DNA of 64,000 nucleotides from Haliotis cracherodii (GCF_022045235.1 NW_027266265.1:29202001-29266000), one strand, 5' to 3'; positions 40,301 through 54,065 are shown, numbered from the stretch's first letter. The notes: generated from the letters alone by a model not told the origin. Made by a program: numbers and translations.

Positions 40301-43300
40301 TTCCTTTAATCATTAATTAAAGCGGCAAAACCCTTTACTTTAAATGAAAGTGACTAAACCCTTTCCTTTAATCCTAAATAACAGCGACTAAACCCTTTTC
40401 TTTAATCATAAATAAAAGCAACTAAACCCTTTTCTTTAGTCATAAATAAAAGCGACTAAACTCTTTCCTTTATCACTGACAAAATCGCCAAAACCCATAG
40501 AGTCTATTGTACGATTCCGACTATATCCTAAGCATGTGTTTATATATAAAGACCTTTCTGCTAAAATCGCTCCACTGTGCAATGAAAAACTACCGGTAGA
40601 AGTACATACATTTTCAAACTATCATGCAACCAAAAAGCATAGATTTTGATGGGATTTTCATATTCCATTCAAAACAGACTATTACCATAAACAGCTAAAT
40701 TAACTTTTGTCATGTATTTCCAACCAGGAACTTGTGGCAAACGAAGATACATCGGTTCCTTTCCTCTCAACAGCACACGTGGGGCATGTGTGTTCCCCTG
40801 GGTTGTGTCAATCAGGACCACATACAGCCATCACTACTGCTCGGGCGTGCTGGTATCTGACCACGCCGTGTTAACAGTCACTGGATGCGTGGATGGGTAA
40901 ATATGAACAACAATGTGCATTTCAACAATGGTCCTGATCTTATTACATTTTACGATTACAGATAACCTTTCTCGTCGTGGGGTAATATCTCAGTCACAAA
41001 GTGATCTTCTACAGAATTATTACTACATCATCAGAACCGGGCCCTGGTTGTTATTAGATTCTTCTCATTGTATTACATACAAGAATACCCAGACCATAGA
41101 TTCCTGTTTATATTGCTTCCTACCTATCATATAACCCTAACTCTATTCTCAGATACCGAGAACAATTGTTCCTTGTGTTTCTTAAATATTTCTGATTATC
41201 TTACTATAAACGACTACAATGACATAAGGTTTAATAACACTTTCCTCAACATATAACCATTAATACATTCTCAGAGAGAACATATATTTGGTTATAAGTT
41301 TTAAACGTTATTATGTAAATTGATTAATACATGTAATTATTGTAATTTGAAGAAGTGGAATAACTGTTTGTTAGGTTCCTTACTCTGTCAAAGTGTATTC
41401 TTTAAGGGTTTCAACATCTCAACTAGTTCTAACATTGGGAGAATATGACGCAACACAAGCGGAAGCCACAGAAGTACAGGTGGAGGTTGCATCCATCACT
41501 AGGCACCCGCACCACACAGCCTTCACCAGAGGTAACTCAAGATAGGTGAACAAAAGCAGCTTGACTTTTCAGACGCTAGAATTAGAGAACGATGCAGGAT
41601 GTGATGAATACAAAATATATAAATCATTATTGGGAAACGTATGTTACCAAGATGCTTGTAAATGGTGAGGGTGAGGTGAAATTGGGTTTAAAGTCCCGTC
41701 CAAGATTATTGCACCCATAAAGCGACGTGCAGGTACGTGTCTGTGTGTGGCTGCTTGTACTAGTCCGGACTGATGCCGATTTATAGGGCTTGTTCAACAT
41801 GAATACCCCACTCAGACACAGTCTAATGACTCCAAGCAGACCAGTCCTTGCTTAACCCCCTTAATGCCGAACGCGAGACAGGGTAACAACAAGTACCGTC
41901 TTTTAACATCTTTTGGTGTGACGCGGCCGGTCCTTGTAAATAGAAATATATTTTATGACATATTTTAGCTTTAAGTCTGCAACCATGAAGATTTGGTTAA
42001 AAAATGGTGCCCAGCAATCTATGCTTTTCGTAAGGGCTGACGAAATGGATCAGGAAGACTCGGTGACTTGGTTGAGAGCATGTGCATCGCACGTGTGTCA
42101 TTGCTTATGATATCAATTACTTGATTGTCCTTATAATATGTTTATGTTACCAACAATTACCAAATGCTTCACAACAAAATAATCACATAATTACACGTGC
42201 TTGCAAATGGACATGTCTCCAGCTTTAAGTTTAAGTGTGTTGTCCCGACAGGCTTTGATCTCGTGCTGTTGGAGTTTGCCGAAGTTGTGAACCACCCCTG
42301 CATTTCCCCAGTGTGTCTACCTAAGGTCAACACATCTCCGGTCAGTCTCGGGTTTGGACGTTGTCTGGTGGCCGGGTGGGGAGATATCACAGGTGTGTCC
42401 ATAGTGGCCAGTCAGGTAGCCCTTTTTGGATGTCAGGTTTCCACAGGGTCGGTCGGGGAGACCTGTGTTTGATTCCCCAAGTGAATAAAATAATGGAAAA
42501 TACTTTCTGTTTGTTAATCATAGTCGATTATACTTAGTTCCCTTCTTCACGTAGATAATATCGATTCAGTCAACATGTAAGAAAGGTCTTGGATGTAAAT
42601 GTGGACGTATGTTATAGTAACGGATAGCATTTTATGTTGATTACATTTCTAAATTAGATCCAGATGTGTCGAGTGTGCTCGAAGTTCGGCCAGTGAGAGT
42701 GTACGAATCCTCCATGTGTTCTCAACTGCTGTTGGCCATGAATGCCAACGGCACGGTGCCTGATGACGTAATTTGCTCTCTACAAGACGACGAAGAGGAC
42801 ACTGATTGCAAAGTAAGTCTGAGGATGAAAGAAGAACCTTTCATTAAAACGCAGTACGAATTTTTAAAATAAGCGAGTACCTACATTGTAGAGACTGGTA
42901 ATTGGTTTTCCTGGTCGGATTATTCAAGTTATCCAAATCGAGTCTGTTTTTATGTCTACCAATGGCTTGAAAATAACCCACAATAAAGATGCAAGCAAGT
43001 CCCACAATAAAGATGCAAGCAAGTCAAGTCAAGTATGTTATTCGTTGGTGAGATGAAATGGGGTTTACCGCCGCATTCAAGATTAATGCACTTAAGTAGC
43101 GACCTGCATGCACGTGTATGTGTGTGTGTGCCTTCTTGTACTAGTCCGGACTAATGTCGATTTTGTAGTGCTAGCCCACTGAGACACAGTATACTGACTC
43201 CTAGCAGACCAGTCCATGTTTTAGCCCCTAAATACTTAGCGCCAGACAGGATAACAACAAGTACCATCTTTTAACGTCTTTTGGTGTGACGCTGCCGGGG

Positions 43301-43916
43301 ATCGAACCCCGACCATCTGCTCTCCATAATCAATAGAAAGACCGGAAGACTACGACCTTACATGTATCATAAACATTTGTTCATATATTACTGTCCTCCT
43401 GATATCTGGTGTTCCCGAAACGGTAAGCGTATCCTTTCTCACCAGTGGCGCATGCCACAAACACATACAAAGGCAAGGCAATTGCTCACCTGATACACAC
43501 ACGGGGAAATATGGTACTAGTCAAAATGGGGATTTGCATGTGGCATCATTTCGTCACTGATGCGTCAAATTTGGAAATGTCCTCCACATGTCTACCATAA
43601 AACGTTTCGAAAGCTTTACGAAAGCATTGAATGTTATAACCTTGAACAAACAGAAGTCGTACAGAAAACGTCGGAAACTTTGTAACAACGTTAACAATAC
43701 TTAAGATTACCAAATGAACGTTTGGTGTCATGTCAGGTTTACCTGCACGATTCTTTGTTTCAGACTGATGGCGGGAGTATGTTGATATGCCCCGATGAAA
43801 ACACCCAGTACTTCCTGTTTGGCATCGTTACAGAATACACGTGTACTGACTATGCGGTGACGCTTTATACCGATATAAGTAGTCATATCGAATGGATCGA
43901 AAGCAACTTATCATGA
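37393..43916 (+). CDS. G5: secreted, acidic serine protease homolog with two beta-defensin-like domains, long Thr/Ser linker and no IVGG activation motif (about 403 aa)
   Basis: Exons 37393-37468 signal (MLSWILCVCWLLYLQAVCA/QYFFWS), 37904-38023 (CHLRYGGECRGLCHPVEVNLGLDYCNNGMGYQGTCC), 39584-39856 (CWYIGGICRKWCMPDYETKYSLPTTCPHFRSTCC + mucin-like linker), 40728-40896 (TVTGC, His57>Gly), 41407-41531, 42252-42392, 42658-42812, 43764-43916 (TDGGS, Ser195>Gly). 1212 nt in frame. Confidence 0.9.
40048..40495. repeat. 33-34-bp minisatellite (aaataaaagcgacaaaccctttcctttaatcat)n
   Basis: About 13 tandem units, followed by the dispersed-repeat core agagtctattgtacgattccgactat. Confidence 0.92.
43400..43700 (-). 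mobile_element. Penelope-like retroelement 3' relic
   Basis: Minus-strand peptide VQGYNIQCFRKAFETFYGRHVEDISKFDASV resembles PLE RT C-termini. It is followed by a motif also seen at 4805-4850, 6368-6425, 25503-25550, 33588-33640 and 51753-51805. Confidence 0.5.
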
Positions 43917-45562
43917 CGATCTTACTTTTGTGAATTTATGTTGCGGATCAACGAGTCGCTGTTTCAGACAGGACGACGTGTTGTGTATTTAAATCAATTC
44001 AATTTATAAATCGGAAATGTTGTAATATTTTGTATTTCAAAGAGTGTGATTAAAGGAATAATTTCAATGAGACCCCGCTGTTTTCGTGCTTTCCGATTTG
44101 ATATCCTGCTGCATGTTTTATCTCAATAATGCCAAGCGCCGGGGGTGGTAATAACAATCAACAACTTTCATCTCATTTGGCATCACAATTACAAACCTCT
44201 GATATAATCAACAGCAACAGCGCGAAAGATAAGTCTTTTTCTTTACTCAAGCTTGACCTGTAGGAAGTTTTCGTAAATTGTGTTAGCAAAAAAAGGAAAG
44301 TTAAATTTGATAAAATATACTCTAATTCTGCGACTTTCAGGCAGGCAGATCACAATAAGACCTTCGACGCAAGACACTTTCAGTGTAAATCAGAGAAAGG
44401 GCACAGGTTACACTAATAGTTTCTTATTTTTAACAACACGTCTACTTGATGTAAATATGAGGTAGTTTACATATCACGTCCATGTAATTGTTCTGTACGA
44501 GATTTATAAATGTTTGAAAAAAATAAGGCTGTTTGACAAGCTTGGAGTTATACTGTGTCCTCATGTCTGATTAGTGACCACAGACACGCAAAACATGCAT
44601 TTCCTCTTCAACATAGTGTGAGCCTTTAGACTTACAATGTACACACAGGCGTTGGTTATACTCCACCATATCATAGCGACCAGTTTCAACAGTTATTTTA
44701 AAATTTCTGCATCTAAATCGAGAGAGCGTTTAGTGATGTTAAAAATTAATGACGTTAAAAAGTGTTATCATGATCAACATACAGGAGTTTTAGGATTTTG
44801 GTGTGGAGCATCTACCCAAGTCAGAAAGTCAACAAACACAGAGTGAGTGTTTCACAGCCGCTGAACCACATAATTTTCCCTTCCGCCCAGCCAATGCAAA
44901 AGACCCAAATGAAGCATGTCTAGATTTTCCGCAGGTTCTGATTCTGCATCTCACAGGGCTAGATGTTTTGTTTCCATCGATTATATATTATCAGAGACTT
45001 AGCGTCAGTCCATCTGCCCCGTGAGTTTTCAAGGTGAGAATAATAGGTCCCCAGCAATCAATTATGGTCGAAAGTGGCGAGAGTCATTACCTATTTGAAG
45101 ACCTTTTCACTGTTAAATTATCTTCCTTCAAACGTCTCATGAGGACAAAGGGGAAAAGGTTGAGGTGAAAAGACATATTGTGGTGACTAGAATCATGAAG
45201 TCCTGGCGATCCCAGAGCGCCTGACCTTTCCATCCGCACCGAGTCGTTTAAATCTAGTGCAAATATTGTCGTAGAAAGTGTCACGATAATGTAAATGTCT
45301 CGAGGCGAGAGACAAATTAACTAACTTTCAGTGTTGGCAAATAGTCGTGAGCGGTTGACTTCTGTAAATAAAGTCCTTTCTTAATATTCTGGGTATAAAT
45401 GGGTTTACTGATAAATTACACACAAGGTCCCTACATATATGCACATGTACATGCATGTAATATCCGTGTGATATATATAAACTTGAAAATCATATTCGTG
45501 AAACCGGTTGACTAAATGATACAGCTCATCTTTGGACTTTTGTATTTTATCTATCTATGTCT

Positions 45563-45734
45563 GTGAGTGAGTGTGAGTGAATATGGTTTTACGCCCCTTT
45601 TAGCAATATTTCATAATATCACGGCGGGGGACACCGGAAAATGGGCTTTACACATTGTACCCATGTGGGCAATGGAACCCGAGTCTTCGGCGTGACGAAC
45701 CAACGCTTAAATCACTAGACTACCCCACTGCCCC
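45563..45734 (-). mobile_element. Short tRNA-head SINE family D (others 8043-8160, 17505-17575, 23325-23460, 49360-49440)
   Basis: Minus-strand head ggggcagtggggtagtctagtgatttaagcg..cgggttccattgcccacatgggtacaatgtg, shared 3' tail and (ACTC)n. Confidence 0.7.
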
Positions 45735-48700
45735 TATGTGAGTGAGTGAGTGAGTGAGTGAGTGAGTTAATATTTAACGTCACCCTATGTATATATATGG
45801 GTACAGTATATGTAGCCGATTGTTGGTGTCCCATGCCCTGTCGTGACAAAAGCGTCATAAAAGCAACTTCATTACACGAGACACGGGGGATCCACTCAGC
45901 GTTTCAATTAACTGTGAAGAGCTACGTCCCATGCTCGTTTGGTCGAATGCCAGATTCGCTCTGAGAATGTTTCTAGGTCTGTCAACACCGTACCCGTGGT
46001 CATATGCTTAACCAGACAGGTAAACGTCAAGGACCTGTACCATTACGGGGTTTACTCACACATCAAACTGACACGCTGTGATATAACTGAAATATTGTCA
46101 GTACAAAGCGGCGTCAAACTGACTCACTCACTCTAATAAAAGAGTCCAAACCATTTCTATAAACATATGAAATCTCTGCTAAAAGCAGAGTCCATATCAG
46201 ATGCTGGCCATGCTTTAAGCATGTGTTTATTAATCACTATCAATTACTCATGATACCAGGTGTTCGCGAAAAGGTTAACATATACTGTCCCACTGGTTGC
46301 ATTCGTCACAGTCACAATTAAAAAGCAACTGAAGTATTTACCTGGCGAAACACGTGAACAAACAACTTTTGAGCTATAGTCCTATGGCGCTCTTTGAAAT
46401 CTTCGTAGAAAGAGTATCTTTGCTTGTACCTCAAATGTAGACACCAGAGACTGCAGCTTCTGGAATATTGGTTAACATAATGGGAAAGTTGAAGTCATCA
46501 CTCTAGTCCTATAGGTTTGTGGCTATTTGTCTGTATCATATAACGGGTAGGTGTCTCGGCAGGATAAAACCAACGGATAAAAACGGTAACCTTTTGGGTC
46601 ATATTCGGAGAGAGATGCAAATATCAAAGGTCAGGTAGGTACTACTTTCAGCGTTTACAAGCAAACATGGCGTCGCCCCTGTCAATCGGCGATCGAGTCA
46701 GAATTAACCATCGGTAATCTGGAGAAACTACAGGAATACTTGTTATCATTATCAAAACAATAGTCAAAAGCACTGGAAATCAGTATCTAACTGGGGCGTA
46801 TACGTAGCTGGGGCAGATTTGGAGACATACATTGCAAAAGGTTTTAGCGAGGACACCAGCCTAGCGGGATCGGTTTCCATATCTGTGCTTGTGAACCTCC
46901 GCGGCTTGGGGCCGATTCCTCTAAGTGGAAGAGTCAGATTTGGCCGAAATATTTCCGAATTGTTAGCTTGTTTCATTTTGTCAATGTGCGTTCATCTGAC
47001 TCTCCACTTCGTAAGGCATTGGCGGGACAGGCAAACTCAAAACAAACGTGACGTCTCATAGACTAGGGTTAGAGTAGCTTCTCTTTGATAAAGGGCAGCT
47101 ATTCCAGCGGGCAGACCGATGGAATGCCTCGAAAGGCAAGTAGAAATAATGTGTGTAGGCAATTGTTACTTTGCCTACATGTAGTTACGCCTCTGTGTAA
47201 GAAGCAGGTTTCAGTTGGAACTGTATTGACTGTCGTCACTGTCCGACTGACACATCACTTCTGACGTAATATATATTAATACGCGCATTTCAAGGAAACT
47301 TGCAATGTTTAGTTAATGTTTGTGAGAGAAGAGAACTGCTTTTTCGACAACAATATTTAGGAATGACATTATATGATAAAGAGTTTATCGCGCTTGTATG
47401 TTTTGGGACAGTAAATATCCTGCATTAGGAATAAACACTTTGTATTTAGCACACCAGGGCTCGGTAAATACATTGTATGTGCCTAATACAGGATATATAC
47501 CATCCAAAAACACACTCGTGTGATAACTTACATGTATATGCCCCAGATCTAATCATGACACAGTCGTTTCTCATACAAAACAATACAACCATGCAGGCGT
47601 TTGTACGTGGGTGCGAGCGTATAAAGTACAAACTTGACAGTAAAGTCAAAGAATGTGATAAAACAACAAGCCAGCTGCATTTTGAAAACAACCCGAACAA
47701 ATGATTTAATGATTTTAATTTTGCATACGTTAACGAAAAATATGAACCCGATAGGGCGATATGCGTCTTTTGAATGCTCCTAACATGACATTTCTGCACG
47801 TAATGAAACTTACAGTGTGACGTCAAAGGGGACAAAAATGCATGATACAAATCCTTGTATAAAAGCACATGATTAGAAAGACCTTTCCGCAACGTAAACT
47901 GAATGCATTCATCGTGTAACGGAACCAGAGACTGACTGACAAACATCCAACACCATGACGTCCCGTGACGCCTGTCAGTCATGTCTGTACCACCCAATAG
48001 AAAGAAAGGTCAAACAAACCGGTTAAGTATGTGTTCAGGAAACTCGTTACAATGACGCATTATGACGTCAATGAAGAAATGACAATGCCATGTATGGCTC
48101 TGAGTGTAAAGACCTTTTGATAAGATAGCTCGTCCCGTCAGGTTGAAGTTGACCAATGAGTTGAAGCAAGCATCCCACGTGATGTAGGAGGAGTCCGACA
48201 TGGGACAACGTGTTTGTGAAAATGACAAGCCTTCGTGTACATTTACGGGAAAAAACACCTGTGGTGTGTTTGCTTAACCTGTATTTGTTAAGCGTGTTGT
48301 CATGTACATAGTAAACCAACATTTGTTCAGACGAGCTGATACACGGCTTTGAAGTTGGAGACATGCATAGTTTTAACTGCGACTTATTCATTGAAACAGG
48401 CAAGATGATAAATTGTAATTTAATGGAAGGCATATTCACCATTTCTACTGCAGTAAGACTTTAGTATTGGATGAAGATAATATTTTCAAAACACCGAATA
48501 AAATATAAATATATTCCTGTAATTGTGAAACAAAGATGGTCAAAGAAAATCCAAAACATCAACGCCAGAGAATAATCTGTCTCCAATATCTGCCCAAAAA
48601 GATTCCATACGGCGAAAAAGGCAAACTAGTGTTGAAACTATTGGGAATGGATACAAGTATGTTTGCATACGTTTCTTCAAACACAAAATGGCATCTTTCA

Positions 48701-49457
48701 GCAACAGATCTGGAATTCAATAAAACATCGTTAGCTAGTCGAACTCAATGTTTTGTTTAAGAGTCATGTGTCTCGAAGAACGGGTAACTCCATAAACAGT
48801 GGATCAGGGAGTTCAGAAGCTAACACATTCATGTCAAGTAATATAAAATAGAACAATATATGCTTGTGACTATATACTTATGCGTCAAACGATAAAAATG
48901 TGTGGGTGAGATTTGAACAGTATTTCAGTTATATCACGGCATGTCAGCTTACTGTGGATGGAAAGTGCTGTATGTCTTAGACATTCACTATTTTGGTGAC
49001 ACACACGAGCACGGGTAGGTTGCTGCGATCCTAGAAACATAACCAGGGAGAATCTTTAATTGGAACCCACGATCACAGGTTTCGGGCACCCCTAAGGGAT
49101 ACAACTCTACACATAGGTGACTGGGCTACACGTGCCCCCGGAACGGTAAAAGGGTAACGATGTCCAATTAGTGTCAAGGTGCGAGTGGTCGGGAGGACCA
49201 GGTTAAGTAAACACTACTTTGAGGTCCACTGAGGTCATCTCTCAAGATCACGCTGACCAGGTACAACTCTCGTCGTCATTACTGACATTCACAACTGAAT
49301 TAACTTGTTCGGCAGCATGGGTATCTTTCGAATGCTCCATCATGTATACATGATTATTGAGCGAGTGAGTATGGTTTTACGCCGCTTTAAGCAATATTCC
49401 AGCAATATCACGACGGGGGACACCAAACATGGGCTTCACACTCACACACACATACAA

Positions 49458-49497
<40 letters not shown>

Positions 49498-52205
49498 TGG
49501 TTACATCCTTCTTTTGTTTCTGATAGTTACAAGAAATGAAGTGTACGATTTTAACGTTCTAAGTCAATGGGCAAAACCCTTTCCATAATCATCAGAGTCC
49601 ATTGTACGATTCCGACTATGTCGTGAGCATCACTATCACTATCATATAGTGATGATACCAGGTGTTCAAGGCCCCAAATGCCAAATGTGGTACCACAAAG
49701 GCAAACCAATTGTAGATATGCTTAATTTAACAAGTGTATTTGATTATTATCGGAAAGGCAAGGCATGCAATAGCAAGACAGGATAGTCCCAAATCACGGA
49801 CATAATTATCAGGTTCATAAGATGCACAGCGACATTAGGACAATCAAATGTTTTTCTCTATATTTCACAACTGTTTTGAGAATAAAAATGCGTAGCGCAT
49901 ATACACGTGCACTGAATACTGTACTCCAGACGATACCGCAACCAATGATATTGTCCGTATTAACAAATGACCGGATTAAGGTGACTTAAAAATGATAACA
50001 TATCTATATACACATATACGTAGCCACTCACAGTATTCGTCCGGGAAAACAGGTTTTAAGTCTTATGAGGTCCGGATGACCAAGGTTTCATTTTGAATCG
50101 TGACAAGGAACCTGGCAGTGACACAGATGTGTTGAAATGTTCCCTGAAGATACATGTACTGCGACGTAGATACCATTGGCAGTAATGTACTTCCTGCTAG
50201 CTAGATGTGTTTACCCACAGCTGTGTCGCCTGTGCATAAACATTGATATAAGAACATCACAAAGAACGTATTCATCTTGGGAAGGGCATCCAGATCACAA
50301 ATAAAACAACAACAAAGTGAACCAAAACGTAATTAAAGATTTGTACTCATTTGTTGGGTAGTAAGAAAAAGCATGCTGATTCGTCATGTTTTCCTCGAAG
50401 TAATACAATCCGTGAGTATTACCACAATGAGACCATCTCTCAGCAATCATTCTTCATATTGTAAATGTAGATAATGATACACAACTGTCCACAATGCGAG
50501 TGTATATTGTATGTGCCTGTCATACTCGCGATTTGAAACCTAATAGGAAGACAAATAAATATACGTGACTTTACCCCGCTCAACGCCTAAACCTGTCTCA
50601 CGCACACGTGGTGTCAGGATGTTATCGCACGTTGGCGTATAATGGCTTCTAACACCGTTGGAAGCACCTTATAATCATCTGATTTTTTCCACTTTTCGGT
50701 TCATGTTGTTGAGGAAGATTATTTGAGATGATGGAAATCCTTGCAGTTTCTAAAATTTGAATAAATGAGGTATTCATCTGCCCATTACGAACTTAAAAGA
50801 ATTGTTATGTTGGAAAGTTGAATGGTTTCTCATGACATGTTTCTGCTACAAATGACATGTCCATGCAAGCAACAAAACCCATATTCATAAGAAATACCTG
50901 CCAAAAGCAGAGTCGATTGTACGATTCCGACTCTATCATGATAGTATATCCTAAGAGTCATGAATATTGACTGAGGAAGACATCTGCCCAAACCACTAAT
51001 ACTTACTATCAACTTTTGCCTTGACACTAAATGCTGAAGACATGTCTGTTCCTCAAATATACTGGATTACAGAGCCCCACAAAGGTCCGTACAAATAGGG
51101 TTCATTAAATGTACACTCAAACCCCTGACTCGAAGATTAACCATAATCCTTAATATATTCAAGGAAGGACTTTCTTTATATTTACGGATAATATTTGATA
51201 CCATTTGCTTTTGAAAATTGATTGGCTTGATTTTTTTGTAATCTCAGGAGAGAACAAAGTTCAATTATGTAAAAAGTTGAGTTTTCAACTTGTACTCTCA
51301 AAATGTCAACGCCAGAGGATGTTCACCTCGACTCCACACGACAAACTTCTGGAAAAACTGTATTGCTTGATCCATGGGGCATTTGTCCCTTAACGTGATG
51401 ACTATATATATAGTCCCATCATCAAAGGTTCAGGACAATGTGTACAAAATGAAAGCAAATGTCATCTGAACAATATGTGAAATGCTTGGTCAACTTCAAA
51501 AGAAATGTTTGGGCTGAGTCACTCAAACCGCTTCCCACTGTGTTGAAAACGAACATATTTCTGAAAGGTTTCTCTTTATATTCTTATAAGCAACAGAATC
51601 TCTTCAAGTGCACGCAACAAATGCAATACCGTGTTATTGGATTGTCTGGTCCATGACTTGATTTTTAGACTGTTTACAGGCCATGGTCGTAGGACAGAAG
51701 TACTACTGTGCGGCATCGGGCAACTAACATACACTTTTACAAATTCAAATTGTGAGTGGCGGATGCTACCTATATGATAGGACATGCTTACCCTTTTCGC
51801 GGACACATTGTGTTATCACTTATTTTCAGTCCTACATTCATGTAATGTGCATAGCTATTTTGCATTTTGCGCCAAATGGAATCTCTCTCAGATGGTATCT
51901 GTGTGTGTTATGTATGCGTGAAGGTATAAGGAAGTATAATAACGTTTCATATGCATTGTTTTGTAATAAAACTGTCAAATGTTACATAGCACATTTATTG
52001 ACATAACATAATTGTCTAATTGATTTTGCTTTGTAGGAACAGTTGTTTCTTTACAAATTCGTTGTTAAGCCAAGTTCTTTGATATCTAAATTAATAACAT
52101 CTATCTTCTTATCTGTGATACTTTAGGCCTTTAAATAAATATGTGTACTGTCATACTAAACATGGAAGGGTAACACTCACGTTCCATTCTAAATCATTTA
52201 TGTTC

Positions 52206-52474
52206 GGGGGCACGGGTGGCCCAGTCGTCTAATGTGCCGTGCAGAGTTGCGTCCCTTGGGCACACCACAAACCAATGATTGTGGGTTCGAATCCCGGTTC
52301 GCCCCGATTATGTTTCTAGGTTAGTCAGCACCATACCTGTTCTCGTGGGTTTCACAGCAGTGATAAACGTTTGAGACCTGCATCACTTCGATCTTTCCTC
52401 CAACATTAAGCAGACACGCCGCGATATAACTGAAATACTGTTAAAAGCCGTGTTAAACCCAACTCACTCACTCA
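52206..52474 (+). mobile_element. tRNA(Leu)-like-head SINE family C copy
   Basis: A-box-like tggcccagtcgtctaa, B-box gggttcgaatccc, tail ccgtgttaaacccaactcactcact. Confidence 0.85.
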
Positions 52475-52515
52475 TTGATGTTCAATGTTCTACTTCAGAC
52501 TGATTTCGCATATCC

Positions 52516-52706
52516 TTTTAGATATCCCCTGGTTATTTTAGATATCCCCTGGTTATTTTAGATATCCCCTGGTTATTTTAGATATCCCCTGGTTATTTTA
52601 GATATCCCCTGGTTATTTTAGATATCCCCTGGTTATTTTAGATATCCCCTGGTTATTTTAGATATCCCCTGGTTATTTTAGATATCCCCTGGTTATTTTA
52701 GATATC
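52516..52706. repeat. Perfect 20-bp minisatellite (gatatcccctggttatttta)x9
   Basis: Nine identical units at 52521-52700. Confidence 0.98.
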
Positions 52707-54065
52707 ACTTATCATTGATCTGTGACTGTGACTGGACATGACTCAGGAGTCAAGGGTTTCTGACGCAAATCTTTCAGAGAGACAGTCAATGGATTATTAC
52801 AAATTTAATTTAAAAAATCAATGTTTTGGCTGGCATGTTTTTTACCTATAGTTGCGGTGCATAAACAAGTCAACGTGTTACACATTTCAGGTTTATTTAT
52901 TATTCTAGGTAAAGAGAAACACACTCGACTCAAACATACAAATGATGGTTTGAGGGACCAATCTTTGAATATAGCTTTTAAAACCACACTTTATGAACAA
53001 CAGCCATTTGTATAGACAACACAAAAAGATAGTTTCATATTTATATACTGCAGTTTATGCTTTATTGGATTGTTTCGGGGTTACTCGGTAACGTGTTGGT
53101 CGTTTTCGTAACCACCCAAATTACCTTGAAAACATGCATTGTTTCAACTAATCCTTGGATACCAACATACCTACTCGTATGACGGGGACGGAAACAAGTG
53201 AATCACATTTAGTGGTGATCCTTTGTGACAACATGGGCGTGGGACAACCAGTAAACAACAAGACACATGAGAATCGGTCGTAAGACTTCACGGCGTTAAA
53301 TTACACAGGAAAGCATCTCAGCCAATCAACGGAGGACAATTGCCAAGTAATCTTCTCTCGTCATACGCGGGGATCTTTCCTCACCACAATGGGCCTGATT
53401 CGCAAGATGTGTCGTGATTTCATGAACGAGGAATGCCTTTGTTGCAGATGAAAAAAACGGCACCGGTTAGCAAAGTGCGAATCCAACAGCCCTGGGTTCA
53501 TTAAACGTGTCAAAATCAAAGCGGTATTTCTCTATCCGTAACTGCCACCGCTAACGTAGGCAGCTGAATTAAAGCAAAGGAAAGTTAGATAGTCATTCGA
53601 AAAGAACATCCCTTTATACTGGGTGAAAGGGTACTTTGTTTGACGTTCTCATTGAGCTCGTGGTTTGCACACTGACGAGGTGCCATGAGCCTATAACACC
53701 ATGGACAAACAATGTTAGGTCGTCCACAATCTCCTTTCTTAACTCAACACCATCACATACCCTGTTTGTCTTCTCATGATTACAAACTGGCCCTTTGGTC
53801 CGTAGAACTACCTCAACCCAACGCGGTCAAGCTACACAACGATACATTAGCCCACACAATAGGGGATACAAATTCCAAACAAACTTGAACTGAAACCTAC
53901 GCTTGTCACCAGTGCTATATGACTGAGCGTATGATTGTCACATTATCTGCCGGTTCTACTGTGTTTCTGCTACTGCATCGTTGTGTTGTATCAAGTGTGC
54001 ATCCCGCAAGTGTCAATCTGTGATCTCCTGTACAGATCAACGTCTTGCAGAGGTTCCTGGACACC

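Noticed and set aside
20118-43916. G3-G5 as pseudogenes
   Set aside because: Complete frames, canonical splice sites, signal peptides and conserved cysteines; only catalytic and pocket residues changed.
46667-46840. Short frame MASPLSIGDRVR.. suggestive of a Mib/HERC2-like relic or a seventh gene between G5 and G6
   Set aside because: Stops within 17 codons and has no convincing splice structure. No protease or defensin exons were found by eye in 44000-54000.
52521-52700. CRISPR-like arrays here or at 22450-23100 and 40048-40495
   Set aside because: Head-to-tail units without unique spacers, eukaryotic context and no cas genes.
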